From positions 109,492,001 through 109,556,000 of the forward strand of contig NC_082717.1 of NCBI RefSeq assembly GCF_030144855.1: 64,000 bases of DNA. The letters run 5' to 3'. The stretch is from Hypanus sabinus (Eukaryota). Position 1 is the first letter of the stretch. Each line of letters begins with the position of its first letter. The notes beneath the pieces are model-generated. The model saw nothing but the letters and a program-made list of their open reading frames with translations. It had not been told where the DNA came from and made no database searches. Below, in pieces: positions 27,640 to 39,854 of this stretch. The position numbers and the translations under genes were made by a program.

Positions 27640-27870
27640 GATAGTGTGGTTACAGACCCTTTGGACTCAATGAGCCTGCTCTACCAAATGACACCCATAG
27701 TGATCAACTAATCTATAGGTCTTTGGAATGTGTTAGAAAATCTGAGCACCTAGAAGAAACCCATGCAGTCAAGGGGAGAAAATACAAATTCTTTACAGAC
27801 ATCGGTGGAATTGAACATGAGCCACTGGCACTGTAATAGCATTACACTAACCACTATGTCATCATGCTGC
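27640..27870 (-). mobile_element. tRNA-derived SINE (degenerate)
   Basis: Reverse-strand match to SINE family at 33250 and 38739 (tctttggaatgtg..gagcacc..gaagaaacccatgcagtc..ctttacagac). Confidence 0.6.
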
Positions 27871-28901
27871 TCAACTTAATGCATTTCTCCACCATTGTTC
27901 CAGTATCCATATCCTGCATATCCATAACATGCAGTTTCATGTCTTCAGCAAACTTAATGTTACATTTGGTCCTTATGGACAGATTCAGATTTAATTATCA
28001 CATATATTTCCTTTTGGAGCGCTACTAGTTCCTGACAGTCGAGCAGCAAAGGTCCCCTTTGTTCCCATTTTTTGCCTTCTGCAAGTCAGCTAAACTGTTA
28101 TCCATACTATTATCTCAAATGATCTCATGTTTATTGAAACGTACAGTGGAATGCATCTAAGAATGAGCTGGGGGCAGCCCACAAGTGAATGCCAACATAG
28201 CATGTTCACAATGCTCGGCACATTCAGAAGGTAAATCATTGATATGGATCGTCAATAATTGCTACACAAAATTGGAACATTCCTTTATTGATCTTGAGTC
28301 TCTGCTGAACCAGCACTGAACTGATATACTTGTACTTCCAGTTACTTCCTGCCAAACAAACACACCAATTTGTTCCTGCTGTATTCTGTCACCCAACTCT
28401 CAATCTACATTGATACCCTGATTCCACATGCACAGTCTGAACTGGGTGAGGTTCTGTTGTAATATCTACAAATGCTAGGTATAATCTAAGTGTATCTGCA
28501 CCAATCATTACTGATGCTTTATAGATGTATTTGATTTCATTTTACAATTAAGTTTTTACCTTCAGTTTTGGTCGTACCATTCCTTCACTTCATTTGCAGG
28601 CAGGCTGCAGTCATCTCAATGAAGTGCAAGTTCTGTGATGGGATTCATTGTTTACTAATTTCCTGATACATTACAGAATCTCAAGGTAGTATGTGAAGAT
28701 ATATATACACAGAATGCTGGAGGAACTCAGTAGGTCAGGCAGCATCCATGGATATAAACATGAGTTAACAAGCCATTTTTAAATATGTATTTTAGACACC
28801 TAATATATTCATGAAATTTAAACTTTTCATTTGAATTTATTTCAAATTAAACAATGTTTTGCATGTTTTCTTAGACCACCTTTTTTTTCCCTCACCCACA
28901 G

Positions 28902-28952
28902 ATTCTCCCAGTTTCCTGCACTGGAGTTAGATAAATTTTTAGAGGATGTGAG
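28902..28952 (+). CDS. NRBP1: NRBP1 exon (FSQFPALELDKFLEDVR)
   Basis: cccacag| and |gtaagc; phase 2-2. Confidence 0.97.
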
Positions 28953-29112
28953 GTAAGCATTCCACAGTAGGGTTGATTTTAATTGTAGTTGTTTAGTTTA
29001 AATTAAATTCCAGGTTTATTCATTTTAGAAATGAGGTTGAATGACCTGAAAGGAGTTTGTTTTCTATACTGTGTTATATCAGTGACCTTTGATCTTTAAC
29101 TTCAACCTGAAG

Positions 29113-29248
29113 GAATGGCATTTATCCTTTGACTGCATTTGGGATGCCCATGCCTCAGCAGCCACAGCAGGAGGCTGTAACATCACCCATCATCCCACCG
29201 TCTGTGAAAACACCTACGCCGGAACCTGCAGAACTGGAGACCAGGAAG
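29113..29248 (+). CDS. NRBP1: NRBP1 exon ([45 protein letters not shown])
   Basis: ctgaag| and |gtaaga; phase 2-0; preceded by a 160-bp intron. Confidence 0.97.
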
Positions 29249-29699
29249 GTAAGAAATTACATGCACCCTTAAAGGTTCCAGTCTTTGACCAAATTGCCTT
29301 CCAGCTGAGGTTGCAGCCTTAGAAACTTCGTTTATGCTCATTTTGGATGTGATGCTTATGTTGACAAAGTCAGATTTGTTATTCATTCCCAGTGGGATGA
29401 GAGGTGATGATGGGCTCACTTGAATCTTTTAGTTGTTTCCCCATGGTGACAGATTGTTATCAACGAAATATTGAAGCTGCGCTGAGAAACCAGCACTATA
29501 AATCTAGTTAGTCTATTCCTAATTGCTGAAGATCTTTTGCCAGGTTTTATCACTATATAGTACACTTTGAGAATTGTATTCACGTGCATAGCCACTATGC
29601 ACTGATTTGGAAAGGAAGCAAATTACAGTGGTTTCAGTCCTAGATTTTCCAAATATTTCAGCGAATTAGTTCCAATCAGTAATCTTTTGTATTTGTTGA

Positions 29700-30200
29700 C
29701 AAACAAAAGAAAATCTGCAGATGCTGGCAATCCAATCAACACACACAAGATGCTGAAGGCACTCAGCAGGCTAGGCAGCATCTATGAAAAAGAGTACAGT
29801 TGACATTTTGGGCTGAGACCCTTCTGCAGGACTGGAGAGAAAAAACTGAGTAGTAGATTTAAAAGGTGGGGGGGAGGGGAGCGAGAAACACAAGGCGATA
29901 GGTGAATTCTGAAGGGGGAGGGATGAAGTAAAGAGCTGGGAAGCTAATTGGTGAAAGACAGAAAACCATGGAAGAAAGAAAAGGGAAGAGGAGCACCAGA
30001 GAGAGACGATGGGTGGGCAAGGAGATAAGGTGAGAGAGAGAGAGAGAGAGAGAAGGGAATGGGAAATGATGGAGAAGGGTGGTGGGGGGCATTACTGGAA
30101 GCTCGAGAGATCTATGTTCATGCCATCAGGTTGGAGGCTACCCAGATGGAATACAATATGTTGTTCCTCCAACCGGAGTGTGGCCTCATCTTGACAGTGA
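29700..30200 (-). mobile_element. Penelope-like element 3'/pLTR fragment with decayed hammerhead motif
   Basis: Reverse homolog of 45580-46000 (gggtagcctccaacctgatggcatgaac; cagtcctgcagaagggtctcagcccaaaatgtcaactg). Confidence 0.75.
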
Positions 30201-30863
30201 TGAGGCAAACAACTATTCATTAATATTCAAATCTGAAAATGCTGGAAAATTAGCAGGGCAGGCCGATCTGTTGAAAAAAGTTTCAGGGTGATCATAGAAA
30301 ATCCTAAGGGGGCTTGCCAAGGTAGATGATGCTTTTATCAGAGATTTTCAAATGGAGGAGCGGGGTGGCATAGTTTCAAGATAAGGCAATAGTCAAGGTG
30401 TTTTAGAATTTCTTCACCCATGGAAGTTGTGAAGGCCAAATCATGATAAATATTCAAAACTTTTGAATATTTGAAAATTCAAGGCATTGGGACGGAGGGT
30501 CTGTGATAGAGAATGTGAAGCCTGCATTGGTCTATCAAAATAGTAGGTCAGGTGGCCTATTCTTGCTTCTGTCTTCTTGAGTGCCTTTGTCAGAATTGGG
30601 AAGGAGAAAGCTTTTCAGTGATGGTTTCAGATAATAAATAGAATTGTTTGTTTAATTAAGCCTAAAAACCCACACTCAATGTTTTAAGAATATCATCTGC
30701 TCTGTCATCAGATTTCTGAATAGTACATGAACACACCTTGTAATTCCAAATCTTTGCTATTTTTGGTGTGATTTTTGTATACGACCGCCATGAAACAAAT
30801 TTCATGATATATGTCTGTGATAAACCTGATTCTCAGCCTGTTTTTTTTAAACTTGATTTTCAG

Positions 30864-30917
30864 GTTGTTCAGATGCAATGCAATATTGAGCCAGTTGATG
30901 AAGGAGCCAAACATCAT
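30864..30917 (+). CDS. NRBP1: NRBP1 exon (VVQMQCNIEPVDEGAKHH)
   Basis: ttttcag| and |gtaagc; phase 0-0. Confidence 0.97.
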
Positions 30918-31775
30918 GTAAGCTTTTTTAATTGTTAATAAGCATGTTGCGTTGAATGAGCTTAAGTACAGATGTATTCATCACAACAAATATTTATTTT
31001 CAGTGTATTCATTTTCTGTGATGATTAATTGTTTTCTATGTATGACACTGTTCACATTGTCAGAATATAGCCACTGATACACAATTTACTGATTAACATC
31101 TATCAGAACCTTTTGCTTAAAAAATCTTCCCCCTATCTTCCACAATGATTGATCTAAAAGTTAGAAGTTGTTTATCAACTCTAAAATTATTTAAACTCCT
31201 AAGTATTTTAAGTATTTCATGTAAAAGTAACTGTGTCAAAGTATCAGGGAAGCAAAATTCATTTTTTAAAATAAAAATGTGGCTGTTAAGAATATCCTAA
31301 GAGCATTTGTGCTTAACACATCTGTTGGATGACTGTTGGAGGTGACCCTGTACTTGCCCTTGCTGAATATTTCTCTGTGCTTTCTAATAAACTGATGAAG
31401 AATCTTTCCCAGATCTACCCCCATTCTACTCATGTCAATCCAGATGTGCGTAGGACCTATCTGGCAATTCAGATGGTCCTGCCATTAGATTCTATTTTTT
31501 TAATGTTCTAAGTTATATCAGTTAATATACATTGAACAAAAATTGAGCCTCACTATTGCTGATTTTTGCCAGTAATCCCTTATTTTAATTTGTTACATTT
31601 AATAGTTTTAAAATTGCAAGTAAACTGATCAGTTCAAAATATCACAGGATCAAAACCTGTTATATCAGTGGAAAAAGTGATGACGAATTTTTGAAGCTGC
31701 ATTGTTAGGAAAATAAGTTCAGAGGGAAAAAGATAGAAGAGGTATTTACACTGATGTGATTGTTTTTTCCTTCAG

Positions 31776-31839
31776 TTAACTCTACTCTTGAAACTGGAAG
31801 ACAAGCTAAACCGACACCTCAGCTGTGATTTGTTGCCTA
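31776..31839 (+). CDS. NRBP1: NRBP1 exon (LTLLLKLEDKLNRHLSCDLLP)
   Basis: ccttcag| and |gtatgt; phase 0-1; KLEDKLNRHLSCDL matches NRBP1 rather than NRBP2 as I recall them. Confidence 0.97.
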
Positions 31840-32289
31840 GTATGTATTATTCTGATCATTGCTTTGTGCAAATGAAGATTTTGGTTCTTTGCAAAGATGC
31901 CCAAGATCTATTTGATGTTACAAAATTTAAATTACCAGTTCAAGAAAGTAATTTAGTGGTGAGGGCAAATATTGATTTGTAGTTTATTCCCCTTTGGAGA
32001 CCATTGTGTTCTGGGATAGTGCACTTCCATGTTTAAGTCCTGGAATAGTCAAGATGATCAGTGACATCAATGAAAACCAACTAGTAATTCCAATAAAAAC
32101 AATGTGCAGCCTCTGGGCTCAAGTAGTCAGAACTGGATTTCAAAACTTGTAAGATGAAACACTGTAAATTGCCTGAAGGACTTAAAACTCAAGATTATTT
32201 TTAACAAGTTATAAATATTTCATGAATGAAGAAAATAAAACCTATTAGTTATGTTTAGAAATACAGAATTTAAAAAGAGCAGACAGGAG

Positions 32290-32422
32290 AAAATCTGCAG
32301 ATGCTGGAAATCCAAGCAACACATACAAAATGCTGGGGGTCTCAGCCCGTAATGTCGACTGTAATCTTCCATGGATGCAGCCTGGCCTGCTGAGTTCCTC
32401 CAGCATTTTGTGTGTGTTGCTC
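32290..32422. mobile_element. Palindromic Penelope pLTR-derived short repeat
   Basis: gcaacacatacaaaatgctgg ... ccagcattttgtgtgtgttgc inverted arms; partial hammerhead remnant gggtctcagcccgtaatgtcgactg. Confidence 0.7.
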
Positions 32423-32513
32423 CAAAAAGAGCAGGCTAGCTATGATTACTAAACATGTGAATACTGGATGTCCAAGTACGGTCAGTAATATTGATGCTAA
32501 TGTTTCTTTATAG

Positions 32514-32569
32514 ATGAGAGCTGCCAGGAGCTGGCAGCAGAACTTGTTCAGTTGGGATTTATCAGTGAG
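32514..32569 (+). CDS. NRBP1: NRBP1 exon (NESCQELAAELVQLGFISE)
   Basis: tttatag| and |gtaggc; phase 1-0. Confidence 0.97.
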
Positions 32570-33249
32570 GTAGGCGACTTAATTTTGCTTTTCAAATTTT
32601 GAAATGTCTACACAGCATGATCTTTCTGTTCTCTCTTATGTTCTTTATATTGACTATTAATATCATTACTCAATTTCACTGAGATGGTTAATTGACAGTT
32701 GTGCAAAGTTTGATACAAATCACTTTTTGAACCAGAATCCATTATCATTCATACTTTTGGGCATGTGCATAAACATTTCAGTATTTTTGTCGTGTTGCAG
32801 TTTTCAATTCTTAGGAGAAACTAGATGGCCCTGGAGAGATACAGTAGAAGTGGATCCTTCAACACTGATCTCATTTTTCTGCTCCTCTTCCTCCCCCCAT
32901 TCTACCACTTGCCTGCACACGGGGGCATTTTCAAGTGAATGATTAATCTGCACACTTTTAGGATGTGGGAGAGAACTGGAGCAAGCAGACGAAACCCATA
33001 CACTCACAAGGAAAACAAGAGGAAATGTGTGAACTCCAGGCAGACAGCACCAAGATTGGGATTGAAGTCTATTCTCTGCCACTTCTGGGATAGTGCACTC
33101 CGTGTTTAAATCTTGGAATAGTCAAGATTATCTGGAGGGCTATATGGTAGAAATTATACTGGGATTGCTGTTTACTAATGCAAGTCATAAAATAGGCAAT
33201 TAAGTTGCCTTTTTTAAAAATGGAGGAAAGTAAATTAAGATACTGGGTT

Positions 33250-33445
33250 GGCATGGTAGTGTAGCAGTTCACATTATTCCTATTGCATCACCAGCAACCT
33301 GGGTTCAGTTGCACCGTTGTCTGTACGGAGTATGTGCATTCTCCCTGTGACCGCATCCAAATCCAAACTAGTTAATTGGTCATATGGGTATAATTGGTGG
33401 AATGAGCTTATTTGGCTATTATTGTGCTAAATTTCTGAATAAATA
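33250..33445 (+). mobile_element. tRNA-derived SINE
   Basis: A-box-like tggtagtgtagcag and B-box-like gggttcagtt, body ctgtacggagtatgtgcattctccctgtgacc. Confidence 0.6.
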
Positions 33446-33515
33446 TGAAAATTTTGTTTTAGTTTTATGGCATTTTTGTGTTGATCATGATTGCTTCTTC
33501 CCATCTTTTGAACAG

Positions 33516-33614
33516 ATTGATCAGAGTCGATTAACCACCTTGCTTGAAGATGCCTTCAGCAAATTCTTCTATAATCGGAATGGTTCCCTATCCGATGTCA
33601 CAGTCTCTTCATAG
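33516..33614 (+). CDS. NRBP1: NRBP1 terminal coding exon (IDQSRLTTLLEDAFSKFFYNRNGSLSDVTVSS*)
   Basis: gaacag| acceptor, TAG at 33612-33614; C-terminal VTVSS characteristic of NRBP1. Confidence 0.97.
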   Translation: MDQSRLTTLLEDAFSKFFYNRNGSLSDVTVSS

Positions 33615-35270
33615 CTACAGATTCATTGTGTGGTACAACTACTTCATCACCAGTCTTCAATGGACGAAAGGGGATATCACAGGAAGCCACAGGCTCAATT
33701 GCATGTCGTAGTGTGGTGATGTTGAGTTCTCCATTTACAAATGGTGAACATCCCACCACTGAAAAGTTCTGTTGTCAGTATTATGTCCCATCTGTGCTTC
33801 ACCCTGTGACTATCGTATTTTATTTAGCAGTAAGACTTGCAGAGCGCTGCCACATTGGAAAGGCGCTTTTCTCTGTACTGAGGTAAAGGCGGGCTGGAAG
33901 TAGGGTTTGGGATGGTGGGGGGAAGGGAAAGAGGCTGTTTAATCTGAATGTGGAGACTGTGAAGGAGACTGTGCGAGGTCTGCACCGAGTGAAGAATCAC
34001 TTGCTATGTTATTGTGAACTTTTTCAATACATTGTATCGCTTTATATATGCCAGTAATGTGCATGTTTCTTCTGTTGTATAATCTTTGCAAATTTGTTTT
34101 TCAAGATCCAGAATGCTCGGTGATTTTAAATGACAGTGTTCTTACAAATGCGTTTAAGAGGCCATGTCTATGAAAGTTCCCACTATTTTTCAGTGTTGAA
34201 CTTGTTTAATGGCATAACTTTTGTGCATATGAAAGTGGGGAATGTGATGGCCATTAAACCAGCAAATGATCTAATCTTTTTACTTCACCAGTTTAGTGTA
34301 CTTGAGTGGTTAGTCAAAGTTGGATGAATTGTTCTGGATCAAACATAAAATCAGGTGTACTGTTTTTTGCTTTAAGGTGTCTAGAATGCCTGATCCAGAA
34401 ATGAAAATTTCTTTGTCAGTTAAAAGTCTTGAAGATTCAGCTGATACACCGGGGCTGCCTTTGTTTAAACTGAATGCTTTATTGAAGCCTTCCTTCCCAA
34501 TATTCCCAATCTCTTTCTCCTCTTCCCCTCAAAGCTGTAAAGTCTGTAAAGTTGAGCATTGATACCGATATGTACTCCATATTATGTATTACTTTGGGTT
34601 GTGCGGCTGAGGTTGTGTAATAGTTCTGATGGTTCTTTTGTCATGGCACATTTAGTAAAACATTTGTTAGCCATGTATTTCTGTAAGGTCTGTTGGCCAA
34701 AGGAAGTTGAGGTGACTTGTATTTTGTGTCTTATATTTTGAGCCAAATAGTGTACAGTGAGCTAATAATAAGCACAATTGGTTGTTTTGGTTTGCAAGTA
34801 TCATGAAGGGTCAATTCCACTTGCAAAAACCAATTTGCCAGTAACCATTTCTGATTGTCTTGCATTTTGTCATTTTAGTTATAGTTTTGGTATAAGTGTG
34901 GAATGTTTTTCAACCCTTTCTGCATTTAGACAATGGAATTTTGAGATAAAGGGAACTGAGATTGGTAATTGTTATAAAGAAAAAAAATATTGGGCTGGGT
35001 CAGGAGAGCCTGGGTATAATTGGGATCTCTAATTTTTGGAGAATGGCAAACCACTGTATTGTGACATTGTTCAAAGCCCAAACTGCATTTAATGCAGCAT
35101 TCACTGAAGCAAATATATTGTACCGAAAAAGCAGTGTGTGACTATTCCTTTGTTATTCACCCTTCTGAATTGTGCAGCAAGCTATCTCTTTGGAGTTCAT
35201 TCATGAATGTTTCTCTTGATTGCTCCTGTCATGTAGTTCCTGTAAATAAATAGTTGAATAGCAGGAAGCT
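33615..35270 (+). other. NRBP1: Putative NRBP1 3' UTR
   Basis: ~1.65 kb with no recognisable TE in a TE-dense region; U/UG-rich; ends after AATAAA. Confidence 0.6.
35241..35250 (+). terminator. Candidate polyadenylation signal AATAAA (35245-35250) overlapping a Pumilio-type TGTAAATA
   Basis: tgtaaataaa at 35241-35250; first canonical AATAAA I found after the stop codon. Confidence 0.55.
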
Positions 35271-35500
35271 CAATCATGCTGTAATACTAAAAACTTGAAA
35301 AGCAGGCCATGTATCTGCACTAATTGTCACAGTTCATGCATAGACATACGTGGGGCTGGGGGGTGGTGGAGAGAAGAGACAAAATTCTTTTGCTTGTCAT
35401 CTGTGGAGCTCTTGGGGAACCAGTTCAAAAACTTTGATGTCCAAATACTGAAGATGTGATTTCAGTTAACGAACCTTGTGCAAATAGACTTTTACATTTA

Positions 35501-36359
35501 GGCTACATCCACACTAGACTGGATAATTTTGAAAATGCCGGTTTCACGTGAAAACGATAGGCGTCCACACTATGTGTTTTTAAAAATACCTCTGTCTACA
35601 TTGAAATGGATATTTTGGCGAATCTCCTCCTACTGTGCAGGACACATCTACTAAAAGCAAGCGACATGTTTTGTGTCGAATCTCGCTGTGAAAGACAGTG
35701 TGTGTTTGTTCAGTTACAGACTAGAAAAACTTAAATGACGGGCAGCTGTTGGCTCTCGTGCAGGAGGACTTAAAACTTTAAAAAAACAAATACTGGAACG
35801 TATGGAGGCAACTGACAGGGAGTTCACGGACAGTATGACCCGGCTAACGACGAACATTGAAAAACTGACAGTCTGTTGCATTAATAAAGCATCAGTATTA
35901 TCTTCTATTTCCATACAGTGTTACTTTAGGCTGTTACACATCTATTGTCAGAGAAGTACTTGCATAAATAGGGAAACCACCTTCATACAAGCAAGGACAG
36001 AAAACAGGGCAAAGTGAGTATACTTATTTAGTCAGTAAGTTATGGGTCAAAGTATTTAGTGAGTACATTTCTAACTCTTCTGGCTTTAGTCTCGTTGCCA
36101 TCTGTTCTGAAATTGTTAGGTTGCATTCAAGAAAACAATGAAATGGCGCACTGCCGTCTGAGAGCATTTTCAGATTTCTCTGGTTACCCTATCCATACTG
36201 ATCTGCCTGAGTGGCATTTTCAAAATTACATACTTTGGAGAGCGTTTCTGAAAATCTGCAGTTTTGGGGGACAAAAACGCTGTTTTAGTGTGGACGGAGA
36301 GTAAAAACGAAGAGAAATGCTTCAGTTACAGATTTATCCAGTGTAGTGTGGATGTAGCC
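35501..36359. mobile_element. Non-autonomous PIF/Harbinger-type DNA transposon
   Basis: TIRs GGCTACATCCACACTA / TAGTGTGGATGTAGCC with longer imperfect subterminal IRs; 3-bp TTA TSD on both sides. Confidence 0.88.
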
Positions 36360-37105
36360 TTAAGCTCTGTTACCCTGCTTGAGTCAGATAATTAATAGGG
36401 CAACTAACAGCTTGCTAATATGTTAAAGCCAATCATTGAAAGATTAGTATTACATAGGGATTACACAGTCGACCACTAAATGAATCACTCCATTGAGTGG
36501 GGTTGAAGCAAACCAGTTTCTAGACGATCACTGAATGTAAAAATCACTCTTCCATTTGTGGATCCTGGCAATCATAAATTGCATGCCCTTCCTCTTCATG
36601 GGTGTGGACTCCTGAATCACCTGCTTTGAGTGTGTAGGTTGTGCTAATCATCTTGTGCTTGATCAGCAAGTGATACTTAAGTTTGGATACAGCTTGACGT
36701 TTCATAGCCGTGAAGTTGTTTTTCCCCATCACCATGTGGTCTGTCTTTTACAACTTTTGGTTAAGCATATTGTATTAAGTTACAACTTAGCCTGTTTAAG
36801 AACAGGTAGCGCTGAATTGTACAAAGATCTCAATTCCATTCAGATTTCTATTGGAAATTAAGCTAGTAAGACTCGTGCCCCATTTGGAGTTACGCTGGAT
36901 AATTGAACCTACAAATGCACAAATTAAACTTGTATGTTCTTCAGTACTTTTGTACATGATAGCATTGACACAGAGCTAAAGTGCCAGTTCTCATGCTATG
37001 CAATCAACTTCCTATCCCTTGCCCCTCTCACCCCAACACTTGATAAGTTGCATTGATTTCACCTCCATTTACCTTTGAAACAGAAAACAAACTTTGTTCC
37101 TTTGC

Positions 37106-37395
37106 TGAACTTTTATTTTCATTTACCAATTGAGGTGGTGTTAACAGGTCCTGTCAGTCGTAGTAAGAATTTTGTGGCATATAATCTGTTTGTTTCATCT
37201 CACAGAATTTAAAATAATGGGTTTGCAATGATTTTGGAAATCACATGGATGTTGGATTATGCATGAATTATTTGGACTTGTAATAGTTTATTGGGCCTGC
37301 TTTTTAGGCACCCAGGGAGACTGCAAATACAAAAGATTATCTTGTCCTTTACTTTTCCCCAAATAATTGGCGCTCAAAGAGTTAAGAGTCCAGCT
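37106..37395 (+). repeat. Diverged non-coding duplicate, copy A (partner 42954-43232)
   Basis: Collinear shared blocks tgaactttta, tgtttcatctcac, atgggtttgca, atgaattattt, gtttattgggcctg, tatcttgt, gttaagagt. Confidence 0.8.
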
Positions 37396-38191
37396 GTTTT
37401 AATCAATTTGAAGTTTAATTATCATTCAACCACACATGAATACAGCCAAATGAAAGTGTTCCTCCTGGGCCAAGATACAAAACACACTGAGAACAGTCAT
37501 ACACAGCTCAAGGCATATTTAAGAAAGCAAGTAAACATAGTCACACAATATACAGCCCAAGTCCCTGAGTGACATATCCTATAAATTGATGGTGCATCAG
37601 TGTTACTGGCAAGAACAAGCAGTTTGTCATTCCACCAGTTGAACACTAGGAGGCAGCACCAATGGAAGGGACCAACCCTCAACCCAGCGTGGATGTGTGC
37701 TGCACTGCCTCGGTGTCTCCTGTCCTGGAATGCTGCAACAGTTAAGCCCACAGCTTGAGGCATGAGGCAGACCTCACCACAATTGAGGTCACACAGCTCC
37801 CCTGCCATCTTCTCACCAATAAACAAGGGAAAAGGACTTGCAGCATTTTACATTACCAATGTACACTGTGGTCTTGAGATTCCAAGAGAAGCATCTAAGA
37901 CAATCACTCACTGTTAGACTGCACGCTGCCTTCATGCATCAACTCCAATGCCTTCCTGTAGCAGGCAGGAACATGGTCCACACCAAGTCCAGCTCCTGTA
38001 GCTCTGCCAACAAGCAGCTCGCTGATGGGTAGACCTGTAGTACCTGAATTTCTTAATGTCCAGCATTGTCCTGTGATTGTACAGCTGACGTTTAAGGATA
38101 ACAAAAGGCACCTTTGGTTGACCCCTGAGAGTCCACTGCGCCTGAATGTGCCACCATCTTATCAGATTAAAGTTCAAGTTATTCATTTACC

Positions 38192-38381
38192 GCCGGCTGG
38201 TGGTGTAGTGGCATCTGCATTGTACTTCGAGGTGAGTGGTCCTGGGTTTGAATCTGACCAACTCCTTTCACACACTGTGCTGGCTTGAGTGTTGAGCTAG
38301 TAACTTGGCCTTGTTTAAAAAAAAATAGATGAATGCTAAAGAAACATCAAGGTTGCTGCCCAAGGCGCAAAGGGGAACAAC
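38192..38381 (+). mobile_element. tRNA-headed SINE
   Basis: A box TGGTGTAGTGG, B box GGTTTGAATC, short (AAC)n-type tail. Confidence 0.65.
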
Positions 38382-38738
38382 TATTTTTATGTTTTCATTT
38401 TATCGCTGCTTTGATTCATTCACAAGAAATTAATGAGTTAGGTTGCCCATTCCAAAATCCAGAGGCCAAGCGAGAGTCAACCATTTTGTGGATCTAGCAC
38501 AGAGACAAGATTAACCATATTTCAGGTAAGAACAACAGATTTACTTCACTAAAAGACATTACTGAATCATTTTAGCAGTATCATTGTGCTTTTAAATTCT
38601 AAGACTTAATTGGTTAAATTTAAATTCTTAATGCTGTGAATTAAATTGAAATTTAATCTGTGGATTATTAGGTTAGGTGACTTCATCATTTTGATATGTT
38701 AACAATTTTGCTATCATGCTGCTTTAGGCTTGCAGAAT

Positions 38739-39475
38739 GCGGCATGGTAGTGTAGCAGTTTATGCAATTGTTTTACAGTGCCAGTAATAATTGAGCTTTG
38801 ATTCCCACCACTTCATGGAGTTACTTTAATGTCACCAAACAATTGATACTAGAGCATACAATCATCACAGCGATACTTGATTCTGCACTTTGCGCTCCCT
38901 GAAGTAAGTATAATAAAAATTTATATTATAAATCATAACTAGAAAATAGAAAAGGGAAAGTACAGTAGTGCAAGTCAGGTCCAGATATTTTGAAGGTACA
39001 GCCCAGATCCGGGTCAGGATCTTTTCAGCAGTCTTATCACAGTTGGAAAGAAGCTGTTCCCAAATCTGGCCGTACGAATCTTCATGCTCCTGAACCTTCT
39101 CCTGGAGGGAAGAGGGACAAAAAGTGTGTTGGCTGGGTGGGTCGTGTCCTTGATTATCCTGGCAGCACTGCTCCGACAGCGTGCGGTGTAAAGCGAGTCC
39201 AAGGATAGAAGATTGGTTTGTGTGATGTTAGCATGTTCTTCCCATGACTGAGTTTTCTCCAGGTGTCTGGTTTCCTCCCACATTCCAAATACTTACTGTT
39301 CGGGTAAGTGAGTTGTGGGCATGCTATGGTGTCACAGAAAGTGTGGCAACACTCGTGATAGGGCACACTCCTCAGGCTGTTCATTATTGACACACAACAA
39401 CAACAAACAGCAAACAACAGGCGTTTGCTAAGATGCTTCAATGTACATGTGACAAAGTAAACCTTTTTATCTTTT
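38739..39475 (+). mobile_element. tRNA-derived SINE split by a minus-strand Rex1-like LINE fragment (~38817-39211)
   Basis: SINE head gcggcatggtagtgtagcag..ttgattcccacc before the insert, body tctccaggtgtctggtttcctcccacattccaaa after it; insert encodes AARIIKDTTHPANTLFVPLPSRRRFRSMKIRTARFGNSFFPTVIRLL. Confidence 0.75.
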
Positions 39476-39854
39476 ATCCATTGTTAATTTAGCAGAAACA
39501 TTTATTATACCTATTTTTCCATTTGTATCTAAAGAATGGGTCGCAGTAGCTTTGTGAATTTTGGCCACATTCTGTAGTTCAATGCATTATTTAATCCACT
39601 GCCTTACAACATGATGCAAGGTGAGTTAAGTTAAACCATCACAAGTCAGTGTATTATAAACAATCTACCCCACAAAAACTGGGACATTTTGCTCTATTTA
39701 GCTTTATTAGCATAAGATATAGGTGCAATAAATTGTGAAGAGAGAATACATGTGCAGATCTTTTCATTCTCAAATGATTGTAAGTGAACCTCTGCACTGT
39801 TTAAGTATTATCTATTTCTGAATATTCAAAGTAAATGTATTATCTAAGTACACA

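Noticed and set aside
15694-33614. Assignment to NRBP2
   Set aside because: The C-terminal exons (KLEDKLNRHLSCDL, ELVQLGFISE, DQSRL..VTVSS) match NRBP1 as I recall the two paralogs.
38192-38260. tRNA gene
   Set aside because: A and B boxes are present but there is no clean cloverleaf, and the sequence continues into a SINE body and tail.
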